Shown here: piece after piece, positions 1 to 9,711 of the stretch | Numbering within the stretch: the first letter of the stretch is position 1 | How the letters are laid out: every line of letters starts with the position of its first letter | From: Chitinophagales bacterium | GTDB lineage: Bacteria > Bacteroidota > Bacteroidia > Chitinophagales > LD1 | Direction of reading: 5' to 3' | NCBI GenBank assembly: GCA_035299425.1 | Contig: DATGWP010000239.1 | Span: 1,259-65,258 of the forward strand | Length of the DNA stretch: 64,000 nt | Program-made: the position numbers and the translations under genes | The notes under the pieces: generated by a model | Database searches by the model: none | Told to the model about the DNA's origin: nothing | What the model saw: the letters and a program-made list of their open reading frames with translations, nothing else

Positions 1-1
1 A

Positions 2-439
2 ACAATTACCCTTTCGGGTGGTTCGCCTGCAGGTGGCGTATATAGCGGCACAGGTGTTACTGGTACAACATTTAACCCTACGGTAAATGGATTAGGTACA
101 GTAACCATTACCTACACGGCTTCAGCTAATGGCTGTTCTGCTTCGGCTACTGGTACTATTACAGTGGTGAACACGGTGGGTATTGCTTCTGTATCTGCTC
201 TTAGCGGTGTTCAGATTTTCCCTAACCCTACACAAGGCCAGTTTGTTATTAGCCTGGTAGCCCCTGCTGATAAAGAAGTAAATGTTGAAATTACAGATGC
301 AACCGGTAAATTGGTTAATGCCTTTGTAATGACCAGACAGATACAGGACGTTAATATAGATACTTACGCAGCAGGCGTTTATTTCGTACGCCTTGCAAGT
401 GGCGATAGCCGCAGCACACATCGTATAATTAAGCAGTAA
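2..439 (+). CDS. 3' part of a secreted surface protein ending in a T9SS type-A C-terminal sorting domain (5' end outside the window)
   Basis: Frame 2 is open from the window edge to the stop at 437-439. The translation runs ...TITYTASANGCSASATGTITVVNTVG... then IFPNPTQGQFVISL...VEITDATGKLV...GVYFVRL, the usual Por/T9SS CTD pattern. Confidence 0.75.
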   Translation, partial: TITLSGGSPAGGVYSGTGVTGTTFNPTVNGLGTVTITYTASANGCSASATGTITVVNTVGIASVSALSGVQIFPNPTQGQFVISLVAPADKEVNVEITDATGKLVNAFVMTRQIQDVNIDTYAAGVYFVRLASGDSRSTHRIIKQ

Positions 440-468
440 TTAAATAAAGCTTAAGCTGAATTTTAAAT

Positions 469-497
469 GCCACTCCGAAAGGGGTGGCATTTTTTTA
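469..497 (+). terminator. rho-independent terminator
   Basis: Stem-loop GCCACTCC-GAAA-GGGGTGGC followed by a T7 run, about 30 nt after the stop codon. Confidence 0.7.
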
Positions 498-733
498 TGA
501 GCACTAAGTGCGTAGCAGGTTTGTTTTTATATAACGTATTAATATGAAGAGTTAAATGTAAAGTGATTGAAAAGGCGGGCAAGGTCTTGTACTGATGTCC
601 ATTTTTCTGTCAATGTTGTGGCCAGAAGGGGTGGCCCATTGTAGAGCCAGGTAAACCGGATATAATACATAGAATAACAGCAAAACTTTTTTACCTTACT
701 TTGAAATTGATATTCGTGACTTAATTTCCCACT

Positions 734-2377
734 ATGCAATTATCATTTCCCGATTATCTCATTATCAGTCTCTATTTTATAGTTGTGCTGAGTGTTGGTT
801 TTATGATCAAATACAAGATTAAAACCACCAATGATTTTTTGATGAGTAGCCGTAGTGTCCCCTTATGGATTACGAGTCTTGCCTTTATATCAGCCAACCT
901 TGGTGCACAGGAGGTTATTGGCATGGCTGCATCAGGTGCCAAATATGGTATAATGACCTCGCATTTTTATTGGCTGGGGGCAATTCCGGCAATGGTTTTT
1001 CTCGGTATTTTTATGATGCCTTTTTATTATGGTAGTCGTGCACGTTCTGTACCTGAATATCTTGCGTTGCGTTTTGATGATAAAACAAGGAGCCTGAACG
1101 CAGTAGCTTTTGCTTTTATGACAGTTTTTTCTTCGGGTATTTCTTTGTATGCGCTCGCCTTACTTCTTAAAATTATTCTGGGCTGGAGTTTTGAATTTTC
1201 TGTTTTTACTGCTGCCGGAATTGTGCTTGTGTATACCTTTTTAGGTGGACTTACCAGTGCTGTGTATAATGAGGTATTGCAGTTTTTTCTTATTGTGCTG
1301 GGTATTGCCCCTGTTGTTTTTATTGGGTTGCATGAAGCCGGAGGATGGGAAGGGGTCGCTAAAAATCTGCCTCAGTCTATGGTGCATACTTGGAAGAATA
1401 TGGGTTCTGCCAGCGATAATGCCATGGGTGTAAATTGGTGGAGTATGGCCATGGGTCTGGGTTTTGTGCTTTCTTTTGGCTACTGGTGTACCGATTTTTT
1501 GGTAGTGCAGCGGGCTATGATTGCGCGTAGCATGTCAGCAGCACAGCGCACTCCCATTATAGCTTCTTTTCCCAAAATGATGATGCCTTTCATCGTCATA
1601 TTTCCGGGCCTTATAGCTATGGCACTAACAAATGCGGGTAGTGATTTTTCGCTTCCATTGAAACCTGATGGTCGTACTGATTTCGATATGGCGCTACCTT
1701 CCTTAATTGCACATTACTATCCTTCCGGATTACTCGGTGTGGGTGTAACTGCCCTGCTTGCTTCTTTTATGTCGGGTATGGCTGGTAATGTAACTGCTTT
1801 TAATACGGTTTTTACTTTTGATATTTATCAGGCCTACATCAAGAAGAACGGAACTGATCAACATTATCTGATGGTGGGCAAAATGGCAACGGTATTTGGT
1901 ATTCTGGCATCTATAGGTACCGCTTATCTTACTTCGGGTTTTAATAATCTGAACGATTTTTTGCAACTTGTATTTAGCTTCGTAAACGCACCTTTGTTCG
2001 CCACATTTGCGCTTGGTATGTTTTGGAAAAGGACTACCGGGCACGGAGCTTTCTGGGGTTTATTGTTAGGTACTTTATTGGCTGCCGTTTTTCATGGCAT
2101 TACCCTGTCGGAAGGGGATAAGGGGGGCTGGCTTGGAGGACCCGTTTATGTATTTCAAAGTGCCATGGGTCAGGCATTTGCTGTTGCAACAGTTGCATGG
2201 ATAGGCTGCTTTATCATCACTATTTTAATCAGCCTTGTAACCAGGCCTAAAGAAGAAAAGGAATTAGTGGGCCTGGTATACAGCTTAACACCTAAACTAA
2301 AGGAATCTAAAAGCCCTGTTGCCATAGCTATTGTAATGATTGTTTTAGGCTTAATTCTTAACCTTATTTTTTTCTAA
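734..2377 (+). CDS. sodium:solute symporter (SSF/SGLT family), possibly a myo-inositol transporter given its neighbour
   Basis: 547 aa, ATG start, many hydrophobic segments along the whole length. SSF-like stretches are present (GAQEVIGMAASGAKYG, YWCTDFLVVQRA, FWKRTTGHGAFWG). Confidence 0.85.
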   Translation: MQLSFPDYLIISLYFIVVLSVGFMIKYKIKTTNDFLMSSRSVPLWITSLAFISANLGAQEVIGMAASGAKYGIMTSHFYWLGAIPAMVFLGIFMMPFYYGSRARSVPEYLALRFDDKTRSLNAVAFAFMTVFSSGISLYALALLLKIILGWSFEFSVFTAAGIVLVYTFLGGLTSAVYNEVLQFFLIVLGIAPVVFIGLHEAGGWEGVAKNLPQSMVHTWKNMGSASDNAMGVNWWSMAMGLGFVLSFGYWCTDFLVVQRAMIARSMSAAQRTPIIASFPKMMMPFIVIFPGLIAMALTNAGSDFSLPLKPDGRTDFDMALPSLIAHYYPSGLLGVGVTALLASFMSGMAGNVTAFNTVFTFDIYQAYIKKNGTDQHYLMVGKMATVFGILASIGTAYLTSGFNNLNDFLQLVFSFVNAPLFATFALGMFWKRTTGHGAFWGLLLGTLLAAVFHGITLSEGDKGGWLGGPVYVFQSAMGQAFAVATVAWIGCFIITILISLVTRPKEEKELVGLVYSLTPKLKESKSPVAIAIVMIVLGLILNLIFF

Positions 2378-2571
2378 TGAAAAAACTGACCGACCTGCGT
2401 TTTATTATTGGTATTTTCTTTAGCCTGTGCGGGCTTATTTTATTGCTGTGCTATTTTCTTTCTTCACAAAATAACCACCCGGAAATGAACTTGTATGCCG
2501 GTGGGCTTATGTTTTTGTTCGGGTTGGTTATGCTATTGCTATTCTATAAAGGCGATGTAGAAAATGCTTAA
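2377..2571 (+). CDS. small two-TM membrane protein translationally coupled to the symporter
   Basis: 64 aa with two hydrophobic helices. The ATG overlaps the symporter TAA by 1 nt (TAATG). Confidence 0.5.
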   Translation: MKKLTDLRFIIGIFFSLCGLILLLCYFLSSQNNHPEMNLYAGGLMFLFGLVMLLLFYKGDVENA

Positions 2572-2580
2572 TTTTACTAT

Positions 2581-3402
2581 ATGGAAACAGAAGTTGTACA
2601 ATACCGGAATTACTACAAGAACGATCCAATAACACTGGCTGTACGTGAGCATTACCGAAAAATGCGCTCTCGCCAAACAGTTTACTATGTGCAACGGATG
2701 AAAAAGAAGTACCTGACTTTCGACAAGCCAATGCACGTATGGGAGGCTATGGAAAAACTGAATGCACTTATTGATGTGAGCGATCCGGATTTAACTTTGC
2801 CTAACGTGCAGCATTTAATTCAGGCAGCCGAAGGTGCCCGCCAGGCCGGTGAACCTGATTGGATGCAACTGGTTGCCCTGATACACGACATGGGGAAAGT
2901 GATGTATTTGTGGGGTAAAGATGAAGATGGTACCAGTCAGAACGAGCAGTGGGGACTTGTAGGCGATATATTTGTAGTGGGATGCCACTTGCCTGATACG
3001 TGCGTATATCCTGAGTTTAATAGCCTGAACGCGGATATGAGCGACCCGAGGTATAATACCACGCTGGGTATTTATGAAGCCGGTTGCGGGCTGGATAACC
3101 TTGAACTTGCCTGGGGACACGATGAATATCTGTATCAGGTTTTAAGTAAACATCCGGGTAACAAAATACCTGAACAGGGTATGGTAGCGGTACGATATCA
3201 TTCATTTTATCCTTGGCATAGTGGCAATAGCTATGCAGAACTGGAATGTGAAAGGGATAAAATGTATAAGGAGTGGGTTAAATCTTTTAACCGTTTCGAT
3301 CTTTATACTAAGCGCCATGAAATTTTCGATTTAGACGCTGTAAAAAATTATTATCAGCCTATAATTGAGAAATACCTTGGCACGGAGCCAATCTGTTGGT
3401 AA
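2581..3402 (+). CDS. myo-inositol oxygenase (MIOX, HD-domain di-iron oxygenase)
   Basis: 273 aa with the MIOX signature stretches LIHDMGK, WGHDEYLY, RYHSFYPWH and C-terminal ...YLGTEPICW. Confidence 0.85.
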   Translation: METEVVQYRNYYKNDPITLAVREHYRKMRSRQTVYYVQRMKKKYLTFDKPMHVWEAMEKLNALIDVSDPDLTLPNVQHLIQAAEGARQAGEPDWMQLVALIHDMGKVMYLWGKDEDGTSQNEQWGLVGDIFVVGCHLPDTCVYPEFNSLNADMSDPRYNTTLGIYEAGCGLDNLELAWGHDEYLYQVLSKHPGNKIPEQGMVAVRYHSFYPWHSGNSYAELECERDKMYKEWVKSFNRFDLYTKRHEIFDLDAVKNYYQPIIEKYLGTEPICW

Positions 3403-3579
3403 TTAGGGGTGGAAATTATAGGTCCGGCACCGTTTTCAGCGGTACAGGGGAGTGTTATTTAGATCCCTATACTTCTTTACAATCAACTGTTCATAAGGTA
3501 ACTACGCATGTAGTAAAGTTAACTGCTATAGATGGATTTGCGCTGCGGAGACAAAATAACGGCTGCAAAACTTTTATTT

Positions 3580-3781
3580 TCAGTTATAAAAGGATGCTTC
3601 GCCGACACCCATCTTTAGGCATATCTCTTGTACCGGTACATCACTATCAGCTTGTTGTAACCCAACTGCTATTTGCGCCTTCGTAATTTTCATTTGTTCA
3701 ACGCAATTACTGTTTTTAAGGCTATTAATAATTACCCGGTTTTTCTGGTTTACTTTTGTCCGATTTTTAGGGGTGAGGTCA
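3580..3781 (-). mobile_element. IS3-family insertion-sequence remnant (terminal repeat plus decayed 5' end of orfA)
   Basis: The minus strand reads TGACCTCACCCCTAAAAATCGGACA from 3781, which is IS3-type IR-like. About 88 nt later comes MKITKAQIAVGLQQADSDVPVQEICLKMGVGEASFYN* (3693..3580), the HTH_Tnp_1 OrfA N-terminus. The expected N-W-K-K-K continues as N-TGA-K-TAA-K, so it is point-mutated. No orfB follows. Confidence 0.55.
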
Positions 3782-3840
3782 CGGCAGTAATAAAGGACCC
3801 AGTAACCCCGATTATCTGGCACAAGTGCAAGGCAGTATAG

Positions 3841-4047
3841 ATACTCTTCAATCCTTCGGTTAAAAAAGCACCTATCCCATCTCAATTGGTTACCGCTTCT
3901 CGTAGCGGTTTAGATCCTGATTTGTCGCCCGCCGATGCAGTGGTGCAAATAGCACGCCTTGCTAAGATAAGGGGCAGTAATGAAGATAAGTTGATAATAA
4001 TAGTAAACAATAATACACTAGGGCCTTTGTTTTGCCCATCGAAATAA
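3841..4047 (+). pseudogene. kdpC: 3' fragment of kdpC (K+-transporting ATPase subunit C)
   Basis: The translation is ...PIPSQLVTASRSGLDPDLSPADAVVQIARLAKIRGSNEDKL..., the conserved KdpC C-terminal motif (TxSxSGLDPxISPxxAxxQxxRxA). Only about 68 codons remain and a stop lies immediately upstream. The final conserved stretch (EINLLIVNIELN, cf. VNVLxLNxAL) sits in another frame. Confidence 0.6.
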
Positions 4048-4099
4048 ATTTGCTGATAGTGAATATTGAATTGAACAACATTAGATAAATTGAACTTTA

Positions 4100-5323
4100 A
4101 TGAAAAAGATAGCTATACTGTTACTTGTATTAATTGCCACTCCGGGTTCGGGGTATTCGCAAACATTATCACCTGCAGAACGCGAAGCGATAATTAAAGA
4201 ATTACGCCAGCAAATATTGGATTCGCTACGGAAAGATGTAACTGTAATTCATACAGCCGAAGACAGTCTGAAAACTGAAAATGCTAAACCCTGGAAAGGT
4301 AATTTGGAACTAAGCGCCTACATAGAAGCTTACTATTTGTTTGATATTAATAACCCGGCGAGCGGTAATGGTCCGGGATTTATATACAGCCATAACCGGC
4401 ACAACGAGTTTAATGTAAACCTTGCTTTTGTTAAACTTAACTACACTGCCGCCAGGTTACGCGCCAACATTGCATTAATGGCGGGCACTTATAGCAATGC
4501 CAACCTTTCGGCAGAGCCCGGTGTACTTAAAAATGTTTTCGAGGCAAACGCCGGTATAAACCTTACTAAAAAAAAGCAGTTGTGGTTGGATGCAGGCATT
4601 TTTGCTTCGCATATTGGTTTTGAAAGTGCCGTTGGTAAAGATTGCTGGAACCTTACGCGCAGCATACTTGCCGATAACTCTCCGTATTACGAAAGTGGTA
4701 TAAAGCTTACCTATACATCGGATAACGGAAAGTTTTTGGCAAGCGGCTTGGTGTTGAATGGCTGGCAACGCATACAAAAGGTAGGCGGCAATTCTTTTCC
4801 TTCTTTTGGCTGGCAAATACAAGGCAAACCCAATGATAAAATCCTTATCAACTCGTCTTCTTTTATTGGTACCGATAAACCCGATAGCACGCGTCGAATG
4901 CGTTACTTCCATAACCTTTATGCCATATTTAATGCTACCGGTAAATTAGGCATTACACTCGGTTTTGACATCGGAGCAGAACAAAAAACTAAAGCCGGTA
5001 ACCAATACGATTTGTGGTACTCACCGGTATTTATTATCCGCTATGCACCTATCGAAAAATTGGCTATTGCTGCCCGCTTTGAATACTACAGTGATAGAAA
5101 TGGCGTAATAGTGGCCACCGGTACGCCTAATGGCTTCGAGACTTTTGGCTACTCGGTAAACCTGGATGTAATACCATTTGCAAACGCCATGATACGTATG
5201 GAGGGCCGGATGTTTCAAAACAGACTGGATGAAATTTATGAGAAAAGAAACGGTAGCTTTACCAAGGTGAGGCCCAGTGCAGGTTTTTGTTTTGCCTATA
5301 GCTTTGCGCACCAATTTAAGTAG
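4100..5323 (+). CDS. outer-membrane beta-barrel porin of the type found inside Bacteroidota kdp operons
   Basis: 407 aa with signal peptide MKKIAILLLVLIATPGSGYSQ and alternating beta-strand-like sequence with aromatic residues through to the C-terminus. It lies between the kdpC fragment and the kdp-type kinase fragment. Confidence 0.6.
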   Translation: MKKIAILLLVLIATPGSGYSQTLSPAEREAIIKELRQQILDSLRKDVTVIHTAEDSLKTENAKPWKGNLELSAYIEAYYLFDINNPASGNGPGFIYSHNRHNEFNVNLAFVKLNYTAARLRANIALMAGTYSNANLSAEPGVLKNVFEANAGINLTKKKQLWLDAGIFASHIGFESAVGKDCWNLTRSILADNSPYYESGIKLTYTSDNGKFLASGLVLNGWQRIQKVGGNSFPSFGWQIQGKPNDKILINSSSFIGTDKPDSTRRMRYFHNLYAIFNATGKLGITLGFDIGAEQKTKAGNQYDLWYSPVFIIRYAPIEKLAIAARFEYYSDRNGVIVATGTPNGFETFGYSVNLDVIPFANAMIRMEGRMFQNRLDEIYEKRNGSFTKVRPSAGFCFAYSFAHQFK

Positions 5324-5325
5324 CC

Positions 5326-6182
5326 ATGGATGAAGTGCAGAAATCGGCAGAGGAATTTCTTGAGATTATAAATAAGTCGAGGCTGGGAAAGTTCATTTAC
5401 GCAGGTAACAAAGAGAGTTACTTTACCCCAAATATCGCGAGGTAAAAAGCAACGACATAGTTATTGGCGAATTGATAGTGCTGCATAATGTAACACCTTT
5501 CAAGGAACTCGATTCGGCTAAAACCAATTTTCTGGCCACAGTGTCGCATGAGTTGAAAACGCCTATATCTTCTATAAAGATGAGTTTGCAACTTTTAAAA
5601 AACGAAACTAGCGACAATCTGAATGCAGGGCAAATTCAATTGATTGATAGTATTGCTGAAGATGTCGGGCGCCTTTTAAAGATAACCAGCGAGTTGCTAA
5701 ACATGACCCAAATTGAAACCGGCAATATTCAACTTAGCATAGGCCCGGTAGAACCTCAAAAAATTGTACATCTGGCAACAGAAGCGGTGAGTGCGCTCGC
5801 GGAGCAAAAACAAATAAGGTTGCAAGTGTATGAAGATGAAAATTTGCCACCGGTGAGTGCTGATTTAGACAAGAGCGCCTGGGTAATGGTTAATCTGCTG
5901 ACCAATGCTATACGACACGCGCCGGAAAACAGCCAGATTAATATTTCTGTTACCTTGAAGGGAAGACGAATAGAGTTTTTAGTGAAGGACTATGGGGGTG
6001 GTATAGACGGGAAGTACGTGTCACGGGTGTTTGAACGTTACTTTAAAGTACCTGGTAGTGAAGGCGGCACGGGATTAGGATTAGCTATATGCAAAGAGTT
6101 TATAGAGGCGCAAGGCGGTAGAATTTGGGTAGAAAGTAAACCTGGTGCCGGAGCAACTTTTGGCTTTGAATTAAATAGTTGA
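5326..6182 (+). pseudogene. sensor histidine kinase, N-terminally truncated and frameshifted (HisKA+HATPase_c core intact from 5472)
   Basis: The 5472..6182 ORF has H-box FLATVSHELKTPISSI, N-box NLLTNAIRHAP, G1 DYGGGI and G2 GTGLGLAI. A PAS-end-like sequence continues upstream in frame only to 5409. A 39-codon ORF (5326..5445, ...YAGNKESYFTPNIAR*) in another frame appears to be its continuation. There is no TM or sensor region. Confidence 0.6.
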
Positions 6183-6229
6183 TAATTTTTGAAAGCACTG
6201 TAGGAACGAAACTTTGACCCGGGTTCTTT

Positions 6230-8746
6230 TCAATAATCGTAAATATGTTCAACGGTAGTTTTAGTATCCTTGCAGTGGTGTATAAATGGCAGTAGCTGGC
6301 TAACCGGTAGCAGGTATAGCTGGCGCTGAATGCTGCTATTGGTAACTATGGCCGAGGTATAAAGTAATTCGGTGCCGGGGAAAACGATAGCCTGGCCTTG
6401 ATTAACTATAACAGATACGGTGATGGTGTGATTACCGCCTATTTCTTCAATCGCTATTTGCTTATCGGCTAATTGTGGTATGGTTTCATTAAATACATCC
6501 CATCTGCCAATGGCGAGTATCTTTCTATCGCCTTGTTGTTTTACAATTTTTAGGTGCGCGGTTTGTGCCACGGAATCCTGCAAGGAGGCGAGGACATAAA
6601 TATCTGTAACCGGTGGCTCGTAGCTATGTTTTGCGCCCCACTCAATTACGCGCGAGTAAAATGCTTTGAAGGAAAATTCGAGGGTAAAGAAAAGGGTGCG
6701 TTCCCACTTACGTAGAAAACCGCCACCGGAAGTGTCTGAAACGGCCCATACTTTTTTAACCCAGGGCAGAAATTTGAACTCATACCAGGGCTGGTGATAA
6801 ATAACATCGCTGTAAGCGCGCTGGGCTTGTATGATTATTTTTTCCTGCGAGGAAATGTTTTTAGTAGCAAAGAGGTTGAAAAACCTACCTACCGTATTTT
6901 CGTACAAAGACTTTATGCAGTATTCTACGGTTACACTTACGCCAATAATCTTCAACATGGTTTTGTATTCCTTGTTTTCAGGATATGCTTTAGATGTGAG
7001 TTTAAGCGAACGGTCGTAGAGTTTCCAGTATTCGTTAACAGAGGCATAGAAAGGAAAGGCCGAAGGGTTTTTGCCGCTTTCTAAATAGTCGGCATATTCC
7101 TTAGGGTTAAATACCAAATACCACTCGGGCACGGTAAGCAAGGTTTGTTCTTCGGGGCGGAAATAGCCTTTTATATTGTTTCTTTCATGTTCAATACTGC
7201 CCCTCATGCCGGGGTTGTACTTATCCAATAGTTTATTGGTAAACCGGTGGTTGGGGTCAACTCTTTTCTTTACTTCAAAATATTTGTCGGCGTTTGGATA
7301 ACCTTTTTCAAATTGGGCTACGGTGGCATGCGGCTGATAGGGCAAATACCAGGTGCCCTGCTCGCTGATAACGGCATCGGTCATTTCCTGTGTCCACTGC
7401 TTTACTTTTTCTTTTGCTTTGGCATCGGTGCCTTGCTGGTAGTATATTACATAGGCAAAAACCTCGCGGGGCGCCCACGATAGATAAGATTCTGTATCGG
7501 GCAAGGCGTGGCGCAACGATACGTTAACTACGTTTACACGATAGCGGTTGAAGATGTCGCGCATTTTAGGTGTAAAGGAGTTTATGTTCTGAACCGGAAT
7601 AAAATACTCCTGCAATACGTAGGTTTTGTCGCCGCTATTAATGGGTTCCAGTTGGCGGACATCGTAGCTGGCTTCGTAATTGCGCCATAGTACTTTGTGC
7701 TGGCTGTAGTAAAAAGGATCGACCAAGCACTTGCGGAACCATTTGCCGAACCTGCCCCAGGAAACTATTTTAACCAACTTTGATTCGAGCCAGTACCTGC
7801 CATCTCCCAAATTAATTCGCGCGGTATCGGTTACGGGGTTGTTGGTTACGCTCCACGAAATACTGTTTATTTCATCGTAGTGCGGTGGATAGAGGTCTCC
7901 ATTTTGAAAGATGACGTTTGCGCTGTCCCGTATTTGCCGGTTAAAGTAAGTGTAGTAATCTTCTGCTTTTACTATTTCGCATTTGCGCTGCACTTTTACA
8001 TTATCGGCTAGCTGCAATGTGGCCTCAACAATTACGCCTATGCCCCCATAGCCGCCGATAGCGGCGTTAAACAGGTCGCTGTTAGTTTCGCGGTTGGCTG
8101 TAACTACCTCGCCCGATGCAAGCACTAATTTGATTTGCTGTACAGATGAAATAACCGGCCCATGGCCAATATACCTGCCGTGGCAGTTGACAGATATAGC
8201 CCCGCCTACGGTAAAATCGGCATACGTCTGCATGATTTTTACCGATAAATTATAAGGATCGATAGCGCGCTGAATATCGCGCCACCTGATGCCCGGCTGA
8301 ACGGTGATTTGTTTGCTGACGGTATCCAACGAAATTATTTTGTTGAATTGGGTCATATCAAAATGCAGGCTATGCTCGAAGGCGGTTTGCCCGCCCATGC
8401 TAAATTTGCCACCGCCTATAGATATGGGCCCGGTGGAGGTTTTGATGGCTTCTGCTATTTCTTCTACGGTGCGCGGTTGCATAATACTATCTACCTGTAT
8501 AGAATTGAGGCGGGTAATATCGTTGATGTGCCGGTTGGTTAAAGTTTTGTTGAATTCACTATCGCCGGCAGTTTTAATAACCACCACCATGCAAAAAACA
8601 AACAGCAGCAAGCCATAAAAAACAACAGCTAATGGTTTTTTGCTGTGAATGAATGTAAGCGCTGCTTTTAGAAAGCGCGCTACACGGTTTGCAACAAATA
8701 ATAGCAAGGTTAAAACTGACCGAAGTAGGGAGCGGACTTTTTTCAT
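6230..8746 (-). CDS. membrane-anchored FAD-binding (FAD_binding_4/PCMH-type) oxidoreductase with a large uncharacterised C-terminal extension
   Basis: 838 aa with an N-terminal TM segment (LAVVFYGLLLFVFCMVVVI). The FAD_binding_4 pattern is present (ISIGGGKFSMGGQ...VQPGIRWRDIQ...GGAISVNCHG...GGYGGIGVIVEATLQL). Confidence 0.8.
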   Translation of the reverse strand: MKKVRSLLRSVLTLLLFVANRVARFLKAALTFIHSKKPLAVVFYGLLLFVFCMVVVIKTAGDSEFNKTLTNRHINDITRLNSIQVDSIMQPRTVEEIAEAIKTSTGPISIGGGKFSMGGQTAFEHSLHFDMTQFNKIISLDTVSKQITVQPGIRWRDIQRAIDPYNLSVKIMQTYADFTVGGAISVNCHGRYIGHGPVISSVQQIKLVLASGEVVTANRETNSDLFNAAIGGYGGIGVIVEATLQLADNVKVQRKCEIVKAEDYYTYFNRQIRDSANVIFQNGDLYPPHYDEINSISWSVTNNPVTDTARINLGDGRYWLESKLVKIVSWGRFGKWFRKCLVDPFYYSQHKVLWRNYEASYDVRQLEPINSGDKTYVLQEYFIPVQNINSFTPKMRDIFNRYRVNVVNVSLRHALPDTESYLSWAPREVFAYVIYYQQGTDAKAKEKVKQWTQEMTDAVISEQGTWYLPYQPHATVAQFEKGYPNADKYFEVKKRVDPNHRFTNKLLDKYNPGMRGSIEHERNNIKGYFRPEEQTLLTVPEWYLVFNPKEYADYLESGKNPSAFPFYASVNEYWKLYDRSLKLTSKAYPENKEYKTMLKIIGVSVTVEYCIKSLYENTVGRFFNLFATKNISSQEKIIIQAQRAYSDVIYHQPWYEFKFLPWVKKVWAVSDTSGGGFLRKWERTLFFTLEFSFKAFYSRVIEWGAKHSYEPPVTDIYVLASLQDSVAQTAHLKIVKQQGDRKILAIGRWDVFNETIPQLADKQIAIEEIGGNHTITVSVIVNQGQAIVFPGTELLYTSAIVTNSSIQRQLYLLPVSQLLPFIHHCKDTKTTVEHIYDY

Positions 8747-8769
8747 TAGTGGGGTGGGGGAGTAGCCGG

Positions 8770-9711
8770 TTAAACTTTAGTAAATAGCATTAAGGCATTT
8801 TTGGTAGGGTCGCCTTGCTGAAACAGGGTGCGTTTGTCAAATTTAAACCCGAGGTTTTCTACAAAGCCGCAAATAAAGTTCAGCGAATAAAAGTTCCGTA
8901 TTTCGCTTTGGTTATACTCCCACGTTTCTTTTGTGCCAAGGTTGAATACATCGTGCGCAAGAGCTACTAAGGTTTTTTGATCTTCCGTATCGCAATCGTG
9001 GTCGCGCAGTATTAATTTTCCGCCCGGCCTGAGTGTGTCGCGAACAGAAGAAATAAAAGGTGTGCGAAGATCAAGGGGGCAATGGTGGAAGCCAATGTAA
9101 ACGGTTACAAGATCAAGGCTTTCTTTGGGTATAATATCGGCATACTTTGTTTTGTAGGATGCCAAAGGAATGTATTTAGCACCTATAGATATCTGGCCGC
9201 GGTCGAACATTTCTGTAATGGCATAGCCCGGCTCTTTACCATCGGCATAATACCTGTTGCCGGTAATGTTTACTTTTTCTTCCAGGTAATCTAAATATCT
9301 GCCTGAAGAGCCTATCTCTAAATAGCCGTTGTAGGTTCCACCCTGGCCTAAAAGGATAAGGGTTTCCCTCGCCATTTCGTCTTTCTGTTTTAGCAGTGCG
9401 GGTATCTGATAACGAAAAGTGGAAAACGCAGGTGATACTTTATGTAAGCTGGACTGGACTTCGAGATAGACTTGTTGGTCATCGGCTGACTTATGCGATG
9501 CATCATCTATCAGTTTATGCATATCCTGCTCAGGGTATAGCGTGAATACATTTTTAAGGAACCCGAAAAAATTATTCTTCAATTGGCTGTTGGAGTAAAT
9601 ATGCCTGAAATTGCTACGGGCTGTGGTAAATGCATTTGCTGCGCCGAATGAAAAAGCGCGGGCAGCGGCGGCAACCAATAATATTGTTTTTATAAAGTCA
9701 CTTCTACGCAT
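8770..9711 (-). CDS. class I SAM-methyltransferase-like protein with Tat-like N-terminus
   Basis: 313 aa. The N-terminus MRRSDFIKTILLVAAAARAF resembles a twin-arginine signal. The methyltransferase-fold hints are weak (LEIGSSGRYLD, LDLVTVYIGFHH, PGGKLILRDHD). The start lies 23 nt downstream of the oxidase stop. Confidence 0.55.
   Translation of the reverse strand: MRRSDFIKTILLVAAAARAFSFGAANAFTTARSNFRHIYSNSQLKNNFFGFLKNVFTLYPEQDMHKLIDDASHKSADDQQVYLEVQSSLHKVSPAFSTFRYQIPALLKQKDEMARETLILLGQGGTYNGYLEIGSSGRYLDYLEEKVNITGNRYYADGKEPGYAITEMFDRGQISIGAKYIPLASYKTKYADIIPKESLDLVTVYIGFHHCPLDLRTPFISSVRDTLRPGGKLILRDHDCDTEDQKTLVALAHDVFNLGTKETWEYNQSEIRNFYSLNFICGFVENLGFKFDKRTLFQQGDPTKNALMLFTKV

Noticed and set aside
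3396-3686. A 96-aa plus-strand ORF after the inositol oxygenase gene, and the N-terminal 64 codons of the 3580-3885 minus-strand ORF.
   Set aside because: No recognisable motifs are present. The region is better explained as IS3 remnant DNA (IR plus decayed orfA) and the deletion junction.
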